The notes below the pieces were generated by a model, which saw only the letters and a list, made by a program, of their open reading frames with translations, did not search any database and was not told the origin of the DNA. Made by a program: the position numbers and the translations under genes. A stretch of DNA of 61,307 nt from Syntrophothermus sp. DTU052 (GTDB taxonomy: Bacteria; Bacillota; Syntrophomonadia; Syntrophomonadales; DTU052), in NCBI GenBank assembly GCA_001512495.1, contig LFRU01000007.1:7497-68803 (forward strand), read 5' to 3'. Below, in pieces: positions 53,258 to 61,307 of the stretch. Each line of letters begins with the position of its first letter. Position 1 is the stretch's first letter.

Positions 53258-54691
53258 ATGAAACAGATAAAGGTCAGATTTGCACCCAGTCCCACCGGTC
53301 CCTTACATATTGGAGGTGCCCGTTCTGCCTTGTTTAATTACCTTTTTGCCAGGAAGCAGCGAGGAAAGATGCTGCTGAGGATAGAGGATACGGATCTGGA
53401 AAGATCGTCTCCGGAGTTTGAGCGGGAGATTATCGACTCTCTTTCCTGGCTCGGAATAAACTGGGACGAAGGCATCGATGTCGGCGGCGATAACGGGCCC
53501 TACCGTCAAACGGAGCGGCTGGATACGTACCAGCGCTATGTTGACCAGCTCTTGAGAAGCGGTCATGCTTACCACTGTTTCTGCACCGAAGAGGAATTGG
53601 CCCGGGAACGTCAAGCCCTGCTGGAAAAGGGTGAGATTGTGGCGTACTCGGGCAAATGCCGCCACCTGGATCCGGAGGAACGGCAGAGGAAACTGCGTCA
53701 GGGGCTTGTTCCCACAGTGCGTTTTAAGGTTGTTTCCGGCCAAGAGGTGGTAGTCAACGATCTGGTGCGGGGGACTGTTACTTTTAACAGTTCGGAGATT
53801 GGGGATTTCATTATCGTTAAATCGGATGGCATTCCCACTTACAATTTTGCCGTGGTGGTGGATGATCACGAGATGGGAGTCACCCATGTGATCCGGGCTG
53901 AGGAGCACCTGTCCAATACCCCGCGGCAGCTATTGATTTACCAGACCCTGGGATTCGAAATACCTGAATTTGCCCATATCTCACTAATCCTGGGCAAGGA
54001 CCGGCAGAAGATGAGCAAGCGGCACGGAGCCACCTCCATTATGCAGTACCGTGAATCCGGTTACCTGCCGGAGGCGGTGTTCAACTTCCTGGCCCTTTTG
54101 GGATGGTCCCCCGAGGGTGAACAGGAGATCCTGGGACGGGATGAGATAGTCAAGCAGTTCAGCCTCTCGAGGGTGGCGAAGAATCCCGCGGTTTTTGACC
54201 TGGACAAGTTGAACTGGCTGAACGCCCAGCATATAAAGAGGAAAGCGATTATGGAACTGGGAGAGATGCTCAAGCCCTATCTTAAAAGCTCGCCGTTTTG
54301 GCATAGTGTAGAGCAGATGGACCAGGCGACTTATGAGGTCTTGATCGAGGCAGTTCGGGATCGCATCGTCCGTCTTGTTGATGTGGTTAAAGAGGTTGAA
54401 CCGTTCTTTATTCGTCCTCAGTATGAGGCGGATACCCTGGACAGGCTGGAACAACCGGAGGTAAGGGGAATGCTGCAGGGCTTATTGGAACACCTTCCGG
54501 ATGAGCTTGATCTGGAAGAGGCCCGCAGCTTCATGAAAGGACTGCCTAAAGCCCTGCAACTGCCCGCCAAGCAGGTTTATATGCCCATCAGGTTGGCGTT
54601 GACCGGAAGCCCGCAAGGGCCGGAACTGCCGTACCTCCTGGTGGTGATGGGAGTACCGGAGGTTAGGCGGCGGATCACCGGGTTAATATGA
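53258..54691 (+). CDS. gltX: Glutamyl-tRNA synthetase
   Basis: '[15 protein letters not shown]' and 'KMSKRHG'. ATG 53258 is preferred; TTG 53237 (11 nt after AGGAGG) is an alternative. Confidence 0.9.
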   Translation: MKQIKVRFAPSPTGPLHIGGARSALFNYLFARKQRGKMLLRIEDTDLERSSPEFEREIIDSLSWLGINWDEGIDVGGDNGPYRQTERLDTYQRYVDQLLRSGHAYHCFCTEEELARERQALLEKGEIVAYSGKCRHLDPEERQRKLRQGLVPTVRFKVVSGQEVVVNDLVRGTVTFNSSEIGDFIIVKSDGIPTYNFAVVVDDHEMGVTHVIRAEEHLSNTPRQLLIYQTLGFEIPEFAHISLILGKDRQKMSKRHGATSIMQYRESGYLPEAVFNFLALLGWSPEGEQEILGRDEIVKQFSLSRVAKNPAVFDLDKLNWLNAQHIKRKAIMELGEMLKPYLKSSPFWHSVEQMDQATYEVLIEAVRDRIVRLVDVVKEVEPFFIRPQYEADTLDRLEQPEVRGMLQGLLEHLPDELDLEEARSFMKGLPKALQLPAKQVYMPIRLALTGSPQGPELPYLLVVMGVPEVRRRITGLI

Positions 54692-54731
54692 CATCAGATG
54701 ATGTATGCGGCGGGCCGAATACGAAGAATGA

Positions 54732-54760
54732 TTGACACGGATCAGCGGCCTGCATATAAT
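54732..54760 (+). promoter_or_regulatory. Consensus sigma-A promoter driving the T-box leader
   Basis: TTGACA (54732-54737) - 17 nt - TATAAT (54755-54760). Confidence 0.85.
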
Positions 54761-54767
54761 GATTCTA

Positions 54768-55003
54768 ATCAAAACTTAAAACTCAAAAAGCGGTGAAGAG
54801 GAAGAGTAGGTATCGACTCCCCATCAGAGAGAAATGGTCAGTGGGCTGAGAGCCATTTCGGAACGAGCGGTACTCGAAGTGCGCCTTGGAGCTTAACCAT
54901 ACGGGTTGTTCCGTTATAAACTGTCGAGTGGAGCCCCAGCTCAAGCAGAGTGGGACCGCGAAAAGCTCAGCCTTTCGTCTCTGCACAGGCGAAGGGCTTT
55001 TTT
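54768..55003 (+). promoter_or_regulatory. T-box leader (Cys specifier) with terminator/antiterminator, upstream of cysE-cysS
   Basis: AGAGA box (ATCAGAGAGAAA), candidate specifier loop ...GAAG-UGC-G (TGC at 54880-54882), T-box sequence AGAGTGGGACCGCG (54947-54960), then terminator GCCTTTCG...CGAAGGGC + T6 (54970-55003). The minus-strand ORF called here in the track is spurious. Confidence 0.85.
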
Positions 55004-55056
55004 GTATTAGAAGATAAATCCGATTGATAAATACTGATGAAGGGGGATAGAGGATA

Positions 55057-55746
55057 ATGGGTATTTTCAAGACCATCAAGCGAGACCTGGATGTGGTCCT
55101 GGAAAGAGATCCGGCAGCCCGCAGCCGGCTGGAGGTCCTGCTGTGTTATCCGGGCTTTCATGCCCTGCTGTGGCACCGGTTGGCCCACTGGCTGTATAAG
55201 CGCGGCTGGCTGGTTCTGGCCCGTTTGGTATCACAGATCAATAGAACTCTGACCCAGATAGAGATCCATCCCGGAGCCGAGATCGGCGAGGGCTTCTTCA
55301 TAGACCACGGGGCCGGGGTGGTAATAGGAGAAACTACCGTTATCGGGAATAATGTTACTCTGTACCAGGGGGTTACCCTGGGAGGTACCGGTAAAGAGAG
55401 GGGAAAACGCCATCCAACCCTGGGTAATAATGTGGTGGTCAGCGCGGGCGCCAAGATCCTGGGAACGATAACTATTGGCGACAATGTCAAAATCGGAGCC
55501 GGGTCGGTGGTGCTGAAGGATGTTCCCCCCAATTGCACGGTGGTTGGGGTTCCGGGAAGGGTGGTAGTCAGAAACGGAACCCGGGTCAAGCCGGAGGAGG
55601 AGATTGATCTTAACCATCACCTCTTGCCGGACCCGATTTCCGAAGCCATGCAGGCTCTGCAGAACAGGATAACCTTGTTGGAACAGCGGCTGCATAAACT
55701 GGAGAAGGAGGCCGAGCATGATAAAAGTTTACAATACGCAAAGTAG
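55057..55746 (+). CDS. cysE: Serine O-acetyltransferase
   Basis: '[18 protein letters not shown]' and hexapeptide repeats '[24 protein letters not shown]'. Confidence 0.9.
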   Translation: MGIFKTIKRDLDVVLERDPAARSRLEVLLCYPGFHALLWHRLAHWLYKRGWLVLARLVSQINRTLTQIEIHPGAEIGEGFFIDHGAGVVIGETTVIGNNVTLYQGVTLGGTGKERGKRHPTLGNNVVVSAGAKILGTITIGDNVKIGAGSVVLKDVPPNCTVVGVPGRVVVRNGTRVKPEEEIDLNHHLLPDPISEAMQALQNRITLLEQRLHKLEKEAEHDKSLQYAK

Positions 55747-57307
55747 AAAGAAGGAAGAGCTGCACAGCAATAATCCCCCCAGGATCGGGATGTATGTATG
55801 TGGGCCTACCACCTACAACTATATACACCTGGGCAACGCCCGACCCCTGGTAGTATTTGACACCATTAGAAGGTATCTTATATACAGAGGGTTTGAGGTA
55901 ACCTATGTCCAGAATTTCACGGATGTTGATGACAAAATCATCAACCGGGCCCAGGAAGAGAACCGGGAAGCCCATGAAGTATCTGAACACTATATCAACG
56001 AATACTTTAAGGATGCCCAGGCCCTTCATGTGCGGGAAGCCGATCTTCACCCCCGGGTAAGCGAGCATATACCCGAAATTATTGAGGTTATCGCTGCTTT
56101 AATCGATAAAGGGCATGCTTATGTCAGGGACGGAGATGTCTTTTTTGCCGTCAATTCGTTTCCGGGCTACGGCAAGCTTTCCGGCCGTAGCCTGGAGGAT
56201 ATCCTGGCGGGAGCCCGGGTTGAGGTGGATGACAGAAAAGAGGAACCCTATGATTTTGCTCTCTGGAAAAGCGCCAAACCGGGCGAGCCTTACTGGGAAA
56301 GTCCCTGGGGGAAGGGGAGGCCGGGATGGCATATAGAGTGTTCGGCGATGTCGATGAAGTACCTGGGCACTACCCTGGATATTCACGGCGGAGGAGCGGA
56401 CCTGGTTTTTCCTCACCACGAAAATGAAATTGCCCAGTCGGAGGCCTACAGTGGACAGCCTTTTGTGCGTTACTGGCTGCACAACGGTTTTATTACCGTT
56501 AACAAGGAGAAGATGTCCAAATCACTGGGGAACTTTTTTATCGTTCGCGATATCCTGGAAAAGTATTCCGGCAATGTGGTAAGGCTCTACCTCCTGTCCA
56601 CCCATTATCGGAGCCCCCTGGATTTTGACGATTCCAAGCTCGAGGAAGCGGAAAAGGCCCTCGAACGCATAAAGAATTCCTGGCACCTGCTGCAGGAGGC
56701 CGTCCGGGGACCGGGTTCCCATGATATGACCCAGGGGGATGAAGAACTGTCCCGGGAGTTGGAGACCCTGAGAGCAGAGTTCATCATGGCAATGGATGAT
56801 GATTTTAACACCGCTCTGGCTATCAGCCATATTTTCGGTGTAGTCCGGGCCGTAAACCGGTATTTGGCCGAAGCCAAGACCAGATCCAAGCCGGCTCTGG
56901 AACATGCGATGCAGATATTCAGAGAGATGATAGAAATCATAGGGATTGTTCTGGATGCCGAGGAGGAGACCCAACCCGCTTTCAGTAGAGTTGGAGACCT
57001 GGTCTCAAGTCTGGTAGAATTCAGGAGACAAGCCCGCCAGGAAAAGGACTACCGGACCGGCGATATGGTGCGGGATCTTTTATACCGTCAGGGAGTCATC
57101 CTGGAGGACACCAAGGAAGGCAGCCGGATCCGGATGGAAGCCGAACCGGAAATGGGGAAGCTGATGGCCGATATAATGCAGATGCGCCAGTCGTTACGAA
57201 AGGACAGGAATTTCGCCCGGGCCGATCAACTGCGTGAGGCTTTGGCTGAACGGGGCATTGTTATAGAAGACACCCGAGAAGGGTCGAGGTGGAGGTTGGT
57301 TGACTAG
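55718..57307 (+). CDS. cysS: Cysteinyl-tRNA synthetase (529 aa, extended C-terminus)
   Basis: '[18 protein letters not shown]' (HIGH-type), 'KMSKSLGN', and Zn-binding Cys/His context 'HIECSAM'. Overlaps cysE by 29 nt. Confidence 0.95.
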   Translation: MIKVYNTQSRKKEELHSNNPPRIGMYVCGPTTYNYIHLGNARPLVVFDTIRRYLIYRGFEVTYVQNFTDVDDKIINRAQEENREAHEVSEHYINEYFKDAQALHVREADLHPRVSEHIPEIIEVIAALIDKGHAYVRDGDVFFAVNSFPGYGKLSGRSLEDILAGARVEVDDRKEEPYDFALWKSAKPGEPYWESPWGKGRPGWHIECSAMSMKYLGTTLDIHGGGADLVFPHHENEIAQSEAYSGQPFVRYWLHNGFITVNKEKMSKSLGNFFIVRDILEKYSGNVVRLYLLSTHYRSPLDFDDSKLEEAEKALERIKNSWHLLQEAVRGPGSHDMTQGDEELSRELETLRAEFIMAMDDDFNTALAISHIFGVVRAVNRYLAEAKTRSKPALEHAMQIFREMIEIIGIVLDAEEETQPAFSRVGDLVSSLVEFRRQARQEKDYRTGDMVRDLLYRQGVILEDTKEGSRIRMEAEPEMGKLMADIMQMRQSLRKDRNFARADQLREALAERGIVIEDTREGSRWRLVD

Positions 57308-57703
57308 GTGCTTACATCACCGGAGCTCTCTGATAAGGAATTGGCTCAGATATCGCCCTTGGTAATGGCCTATGTAGGGGATGCGGTATACGAACTGGCG
57401 GTTCGCAGCCGAAAGATCATGGACCGAACCCGAAAGATCAGGGATATACACCAGGAGGTCGTGGGACTGGTTAACGCTGAAAAACAGGCCCAATTCCTGA
57501 GAAAGATCGAAGACTCCCTTACCGAGGAAGAAATTGCGGTGGTCAAGCGGGGAAGGAATGCCAAGACTCACTCCGTTCCCCGCCACGCGATTACCGCCGA
57601 TTACCGGTGGAGTACCGGTCTGGAAGCGCTTTTCGGTTACCTGTATCTAAAAGGTGATGAAGAGCGGCTGCGGGAGATCCTGGAGATGATCGATTTTACC
57701 TAG
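57308..57703 (+). CDS. mrnC: Mini-ribonuclease 3
   Basis: 'LVMAYVGDAVYELAVR' RNase III signature. Position after cysS as in B. subtilis (yazC). Confidence 0.85.
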   Translation: MLTSPELSDKELAQISPLVMAYVGDAVYELAVRSRKIMDRTRKIRDIHQEVVGLVNAEKQAQFLRKIEDSLTEEEIAVVKRGRNAKTHSVPRHAITADYRWSTGLEALFGYLYLKGDEERLREILEMIDFT

Positions 57704-57814
57704 GTCGGGGAATTAATCAGGTGCCGGACGCCCGCTCAGGAAGGGAATATGCTGTATAAACCGCCGGGTTTTATCTTACGCCCTTGTTTTTTACAGGATC
57801 AGGGGATGTGGGCA

Positions 57815-57843
57815 TTTCTAGTCAAAGTTCCTTGTCTTATAAT
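57815..57843 (+). promoter_or_regulatory. Candidate promoter for thyX
   Basis: Consensus -10 TATAAT (57838-57843) paired with a weak -35 TTTCTA at 17-nt spacing. Confidence 0.3.
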
Positions 57844-57889
57844 AAAATAAGGACCACACATCATCTATTATAGAAGAGGTATTATTAAC

Positions 57890-58564
57890 ATGAAGGTAAA
57901 ACTGGTGGCCTATACACCGGAACCCGAAAAGACGGTGGCTCTGGCCGGCCGGATGTGCTACTCCAATCGGGGGGTAGACAACCTGGCGGACACTCTCACC
58001 CCGGCAGAGGTGGAGAGAATGGTCAAGATGCTGACCGAGGTGGGACATTTGTCCCCCATTGAGCATGTAAGTTTTACTTTTGCGGTTGAGGGTATAAGCA
58101 GGGCATGTTCACACCAGTTGGTGAGGCACCGGATAGCCTCCTATTCTCAGAAGTCGCAAAGGTATGTAGACGAAACCTCTTTTGATTATATTGTACCTCC
58201 CAGCATAGCCAATAACCCGGAAGCTCGGGAGCTGTATACCAGGGTGATAAATACCATTCGGGAGAGTTACACGCAGCTGGCCGAGATGGTGCCCCGGGAG
58301 GATGCCCGGTACATACTCCCCAATGCCACCGAGACCAAATTGGTGTTAAGCTTCAATGCCCGTTCACTCTATAACTTCTTCTCCCAACGGCTCTGCCTGC
58401 GGGCCCAGTGGGAAATCCGGGAAATGGCACAGCTCATGTTGGTGGAGGTTATGAAGGTGGCTCCGCTCCTTTTCTCCAAAGCAGGTCCTTCCTGTGAGGT
58501 AGAAGGGATATGCTGGGAAGGAAAAAAGTCCTGCGGCAGATGCGAGGACGTCAGAGAAAGGTAA
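57890..58564 (+). CDS. thyX: Flavin-dependent thymidylate synthase ThyX
   Basis: ThyX motif 'RHRIASYSQKSQRY' (RHRxxSxxxxSxR). Confidence 0.9.
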   Translation: MKVKLVAYTPEPEKTVALAGRMCYSNRGVDNLADTLTPAEVERMVKMLTEVGHLSPIEHVSFTFAVEGISRACSHQLVRHRIASYSQKSQRYVDETSFDYIVPPSIANNPEARELYTRVINTIRESYTQLAEMVPREDARYILPNATETKLVLSFNARSLYNFFSQRLCLRAQWEIREMAQLMLVEVMKVAPLLFSKAGPSCEVEGICWEGKKSCGRCEDVRER

Positions 58565-58602
58565 GATAGATCATTAATGAAATATTACTGGGAATAAACA
58601 GC

Positions 58603-59325
58603 GTGCTTGAGGCTTTGCAAGCGCATCGAAAAATCAAAGTGATTCGTATTGCCAGGAACCAATCAGACCGGCGGCTGCAGCAGATACTGCAGCTGGCTGA
58701 GGATAGAGGAATAAAAGTAATAAGAGATGACAAAAAGGTGCTCGATCGCATGGCCTCTTACGGAATACATCAAGGGATACTTGCCGAAGCCGAGCCTTAC
58801 CGGTATTATTCTCTGGAAGATATCCTGAACCTGGCTGCAGAGCAGGGAGAGGAACCGCTGTTCCTGCTATTGGATGGTATAGAAGATCCCCAGAACCTGG
58901 GAGCCATCATAAGAACTGCGGAGGGCCTGGGTGCCCACGGGGTAGTGATACCCAAGCATGGTGCGTGTCCGGTAACACCGGCTGTTACCCGGGCCTCGGC
59001 CGGTGCCAGCGAACACCTCAAAGTTGCCATGGTAACCAATCTGGTATCGGCTATGAAAGAACTTAAGGAACGCGGGATATGGATAGTCGGAACCGACAGC
59101 CGGGCCGCTGTTTCTTGCTATGATATAGCCTATCCCACAGACATTGCTCTGGTAGTCGGTGGGGAGGGAAAGGGGATCCGCCGGCTTGTTAAGGAGAACT
59201 GCGATTATATGGTGAGTATTCCTATGCGGGGACGAGTTAATTCCCTTAATGCCTCCGTATCAGCGGCCATTGTTCTGGCCGAGGTAGTTCGACAACGACG
59301 GGCAGCGGCTAGTGATAATGGCTAA
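58603..59325 (+). CDS. rlmB: 23S rRNA (Gm2251) 2'-O-methyltransferase RlmB (SpoU/TrmH family)
   Basis: 'DGIEDPQNLGAIIRTAEG', 'LVVGGEGKGIR' and 'IPMRGRVNSLNASVSAAI'. GTG 58603 is the first canonical start, but the conserved N-terminus seems to begin upstream (see findings). Confidence 0.85.
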   Translation: MLEALQAHRKIKVIRIARNQSDRRLQQILQLAEDRGIKVIRDDKKVLDRMASYGIHQGILAEAEPYRYYSLEDILNLAAEQGEEPLFLLLDGIEDPQNLGAIIRTAEGLGAHGVVIPKHGACPVTPAVTRASAGASEHLKVAMVTNLVSAMKELKERGIWIVGTDSRAAVSCYDIAYPTDIALVVGGEGKGIRRLVKENCDYMVSIPMRGRVNSLNASVSAAIVLAEVVRQRRAAASDNG

Positions 59326-59821
59326 ATTGATTATCGTCGATGGATATAATGTTATATACAACTGGCCGGAACTTAAAGCCTTGAGTGATGAGAAAATGGA
59401 ACTGGCGCGGGAAAAACTGATTGATAAACTGAGCAGCTATGCCGGCTACACCGGGAATGAGGTTAAACTTGTTTTTGATGGTCACCTGGTGAAGAGAGGT
59501 AAAGGGAGTAGGCAGAAAATTGGCGGCATCGAGGTCATATTCACCCAGAGCGGGAAAACAGCGGATGAGGCCATTGAGAAAATGGTTCAAAAGGCGCAGA
59601 AAGAGACGTATGTGGTGACCGGTGATGAGATCGAGCAGTGGGTGATCTTCGGCCGCGGAGCCTGGCGCATGACTCCCAAGGAATTCTGCAAGGAACTGAC
59701 GGACACCCTTGAAGAAATGAAGACTTATAACCGGGAGCCCACCGTTCAAGAGAGATATCTTTTTTACCGGCTGGATTGGAAAATAAGAGAAATCCTGGAA
59801 AGATGGAGAAGAAGTAAATAG
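59318..59821 (+). CDS. yacP: NYN-domain ribonuclease YacP/Rae1-like
   Basis: 'MAKLIIVDGYNVI' and 'VFDG' motifs. Position between rlmB and sigH as in B. subtilis. Confidence 0.8.
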   Translation: MAKLIIVDGYNVIYNWPELKALSDEKMELAREKLIDKLSSYAGYTGNEVKLVFDGHLVKRGKGSRQKIGGIEVIFTQSGKTADEAIEKMVQKAQKETYVVTGDEIEQWVIFGRGAWRMTPKEFCKELTDTLEEMKTYNREPTVQERYLFYRLDWKIREILERWRRSK

Positions 59822-59830
59822 TGCCAATGG

Positions 59831-59860
59831 TTGACGCCTCAGATTTAGTAGGGCTATAAT
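59831..59860 (+). promoter_or_regulatory. Sigma-A promoter for sigH
   Basis: TTGACG (59831-59836) - 18 nt - TATAAT (59855-59860). Confidence 0.55.
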
Positions 59861-59933
59861 ATGTGATAAAAGGGACAGGTTTGCCTCCCGGGGAAGCCCG
59901 AAATATGCACAACACAAAACTGGGGGCGTTCAC

Positions 59934-60581
59934 ATGAACATGCCGGCCTGCACGAATCATGTCTATGCGTTAGACGAAATGCTGGATGAAGAAATTGTAG
60001 AACTGGCACAGGCTAACGATCAACCCGCCACTGAGTATCTGGTAGACAAGTATAAGAACTTCGTAAGAGCAAAAGCCCGGTCGTACTTTCTTATTGGTGC
60101 TGATAAGGAAGACATTATCCAGGAGGGGATGATCGGCCTATTCAAGGCTATTCGTGACTACAGAGGAGACAAGCTTACCTCGTTCCGGGCGTTTGCGGAA
60201 TTATGCATTACCAGACAGATAATAACGGCCATCAAAACGGCCACCAGGCAGAAACACATACCGCTAAATTCCTATGTGTCGCTCAACAAACCCATTTATG
60301 ACGATGAGTCCGACCGAACTTTAATGGACATTCTGTCCACCACTCGCATAACCAATCCTGAAGAGATAGTGATCAGTAAAGAGGAATATTTCTGTATTGA
60401 AAAGAAAATGGGAGAGATTCTGAGTTCCCTTGAGTGGAAGGTTTTGATGGCTTACCTGGAAGGCAAGTCATATCAGGAAATCGCTTACGACCTCAAACGG
60501 CACGTCAAATCAATCGATAATGCCCTGCAGAGAGTTAAGCGCAAATTGGAGAAATACCTGGAGGACCGAGAAGATATTTAA
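59934..60581 (+). CDS. sigH: Sporulation/stationary-phase sigma factor SigH
   Basis: 'YKNFVRAKARSYFLIGADKEDIIQEGMIGLFKAIRDY...LTSFRAFAELCITRQIITAIKTATRQKHIPLNSY' is near-identical in pattern to B. subtilis SigH. Confidence 0.9.
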   Translation: MNMPACTNHVYALDEMLDEEIVELAQANDQPATEYLVDKYKNFVRAKARSYFLIGADKEDIIQEGMIGLFKAIRDYRGDKLTSFRAFAELCITRQIITAIKTATRQKHIPLNSYVSLNKPIYDDESDRTLMDILSTTRITNPEEIVISKEEYFCIEKKMGEILSSLEWKVLMAYLEGKSYQEIAYDLKRHVKSIDNALQRVKRKLEKYLEDREDI

Positions 60582-60595
60582 GTACCGGTCATTCC

Positions 60596-60623
60596 TTGAC
60601 AATTCTCTTCGAGCGCGTATAAT
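60596..60623 (+). promoter_or_regulatory. Consensus sigma-A promoter P1 of the tRNA cluster
   Basis: TTGACA (60596-60601) - 16 nt - TATAAT (60618-60623). Confidence 0.8.
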
Positions 60624-60644
60624 AGTTAATGCGTGCGACATCGA

Positions 60645-60720
60645 GCCGACGTAGCTCAACTGGCAGAGCAGCTGACTTGTAATCAGCAGGTTGCGGGTTC
60701 GAGTCCCATCGTCGGCTCCA
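60645..60720 (+). tRNA. tRNA-Thr (anticodon UGU)
   Basis: Acceptor GCCGACG/CGTCGGC, anticodon arm GCTGA-CTTGTAA-TCAGC, TTCGAGT T-loop, encoded CCA. One C-A mismatch in the T stem. Confidence 0.85.
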
Positions 60721-60733
60721 GACATGTAAGTAT

Positions 60734-60818
60734 GGAGGGATACCCAAGCGGCCAAAGGGGGCAGACTGTAAATCTGTTGGCACCGCCTTCGCTGGTTCGA
60801 ATCCAGCTCCCTCCACCA
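60734..60818 (+). tRNA. tRNA-Tyr (anticodon GUA), class II with long variable arm
   Basis: Acceptor GGAGGGA/TCCCTCC, anticodon loop CTGTAAA, T arm GCTGG-TTCGAAT-CCAGC, encoded CCA. Confidence 0.9.
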
Positions 60819-60825
60819 TATAGTA

Positions 60826-60853
60826 TTGACAACAGTATTGGGATAGATATAAT
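60826..60853 (+). promoter_or_regulatory. Consensus sigma-A promoter P2, internal to the tRNA cluster
   Basis: TTGACA (60826-60831) - 16 nt - TATAAT (60848-60853), between tRNA-Tyr and the initiator tRNA. Confidence 0.75.
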
Positions 60854-60875
60854 TATACAGCGAAAACCTTTACAT

Positions 60876-60951
<76 letters not shown>

Positions 60952-60961
60952 TGTTTATTAA

Positions 60962-61037
60962 GCCCATATAGCTCAGTCGGCAGAGCGTATCCTTGGTAAG
61001 GATAAGGTCACCGGTTCAAGTCCGGTTATGGGCTCCA
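60962..61037 (+). tRNA. tRNA-Thr (anticodon GGU)
   Basis: Acceptor GCCCATA/TATGGGC, anticodon arm TATCC-TTGGTAA-GGATA, T arm ACCGG-TTCAAGT-CCGGT, encoded CCA. Confidence 0.9.
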
Positions 61038-61044
61038 TCGATAT

Positions 61045-61121
61045 GGCGGTGTAGCTCAGTTGGCTAGAGCATGCGGTTCATACCCGCAGTGTCCGGGGTT
61101 CGAATCCCTGCACCGCTACCA
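61045..61121 (+). tRNA. Elongator tRNA-Met (anticodon CAU)
   Basis: GGCGGTGTAGCTCAGTTGGCTAGAGC... with anticodon loop TTCATAC, resembling the Bacillus elongator Met. Encoded CCA. A lysidine-modified tRNA-Ile2 is not excluded from sequence alone. Confidence 0.8.
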
Positions 61122-61130
61122 GGTCAGGTA

Positions 61131-61160
61131 AGGAAGTGGGTATAACTCACTTCCTTTTTT
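61131..61160 (+). terminator. Intrinsic terminator (or attenuator) after the tRNA cluster
   Basis: AGGAAGTG-GGTATAACT-CACTTCCT followed by TTTTTT. Confidence 0.75.
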
Positions 61161-61266
61161 AGTAGTGGACAGTTGCTTTGGAGACCGGTTCATTCAAGGA
61201 GGAATTTGGGTATAAACCTAGAAATAAGCCCAAGATGATATTAGAAAAGGAAAGGTGAGCAGGTAA

Positions 61267-61307
61267 TGGCAAAGCAGAAATACGAAAGGACCAAACCGCA
61301 CGTAAAC
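61267..61307 (+). CDS. tuf: Elongation factor Tu, first 13 codons only (window ends)
   Basis: 'MAKQKYERTKPHV' matches the canonical EF-Tu N-terminus (MAKEKFERTKPHVN). SD AAAGGTGAG. Confidence 0.8.

Noticed and set aside
54783-55079. 98-aa minus-strand ORF between gltX and cysE
   Set aside because: The region is fully explained by a T-box leader RNA on the plus strand, with promoter, specifier, T-box sequence and terminator.

Overview
This window is core chromosome from a spore-forming Firmicute. By gene content and order it looks Clostridia/Peptococcaceae-like, which is an inference rather than a database hit. It carries about 65 genes, all but two on the + strand, arranged in blocks largely syntenic with Bacillus subtilis. 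Gene order: argS (5' partial), tail-less rpoE-like, MBL hydrolase, pyrG | thiolase (-) | femAB-family + alr-like | spo0F-like, fba, tal, glpX, rho | LysM/M23 peptidase, radical SAM | rpmE, DUF1385, prfA, prmC, tsaC, mntP, ywlE, rpiB, glyA, dCMP deaminase, MazG-like | atpZ-atpI-atpBEFHAGDC | accessory insert | spoIID, spoIIID, mbl, flgG-like | tagA-like, csaB, 717-aa FtsA-like | ctsR-mcsA-mcsB-clpC, radA, disA | Cys-rich ORF (-) | yacL, fused ispDF, glnS, gltX | T-box-cysE-cysS, mrnC, thyX, rlmB, yacP, sigH | tRNA Thr-Tyr-fMet-Thr-Met | tuf (5' end only). I found no CRISPR array, IS element, prophage or recognisable defence genes. The most unusual stretch is 31.4-33.1 kb, between atpC and spoIID. 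It holds an orphan second F-ATPase c-subunit gene flanked by three paralogous genes for tiny single-TM, Lys/Arg-rich proteins. Two of those three are missing from the supplied ORF track, and one has ATA where its paralog has ATG. Secondary points of interest: an actin-fold FtsA-like protein with about five ThiS-like C-terminal repeats, a translationally coupled FemAB/Alr-like pair, a CysRS with a duplicated C-terminal module, a PrmC reading NLPY instead of NPPY, an ispDF fusion, and several textbook regulatory sites (CtsR operator, Cys T-box, consensus sigma-A promoters, a sigma-H-type promoter ahead of spo0F). All calls come from reading the sequence and translations by eye; no searches were run.
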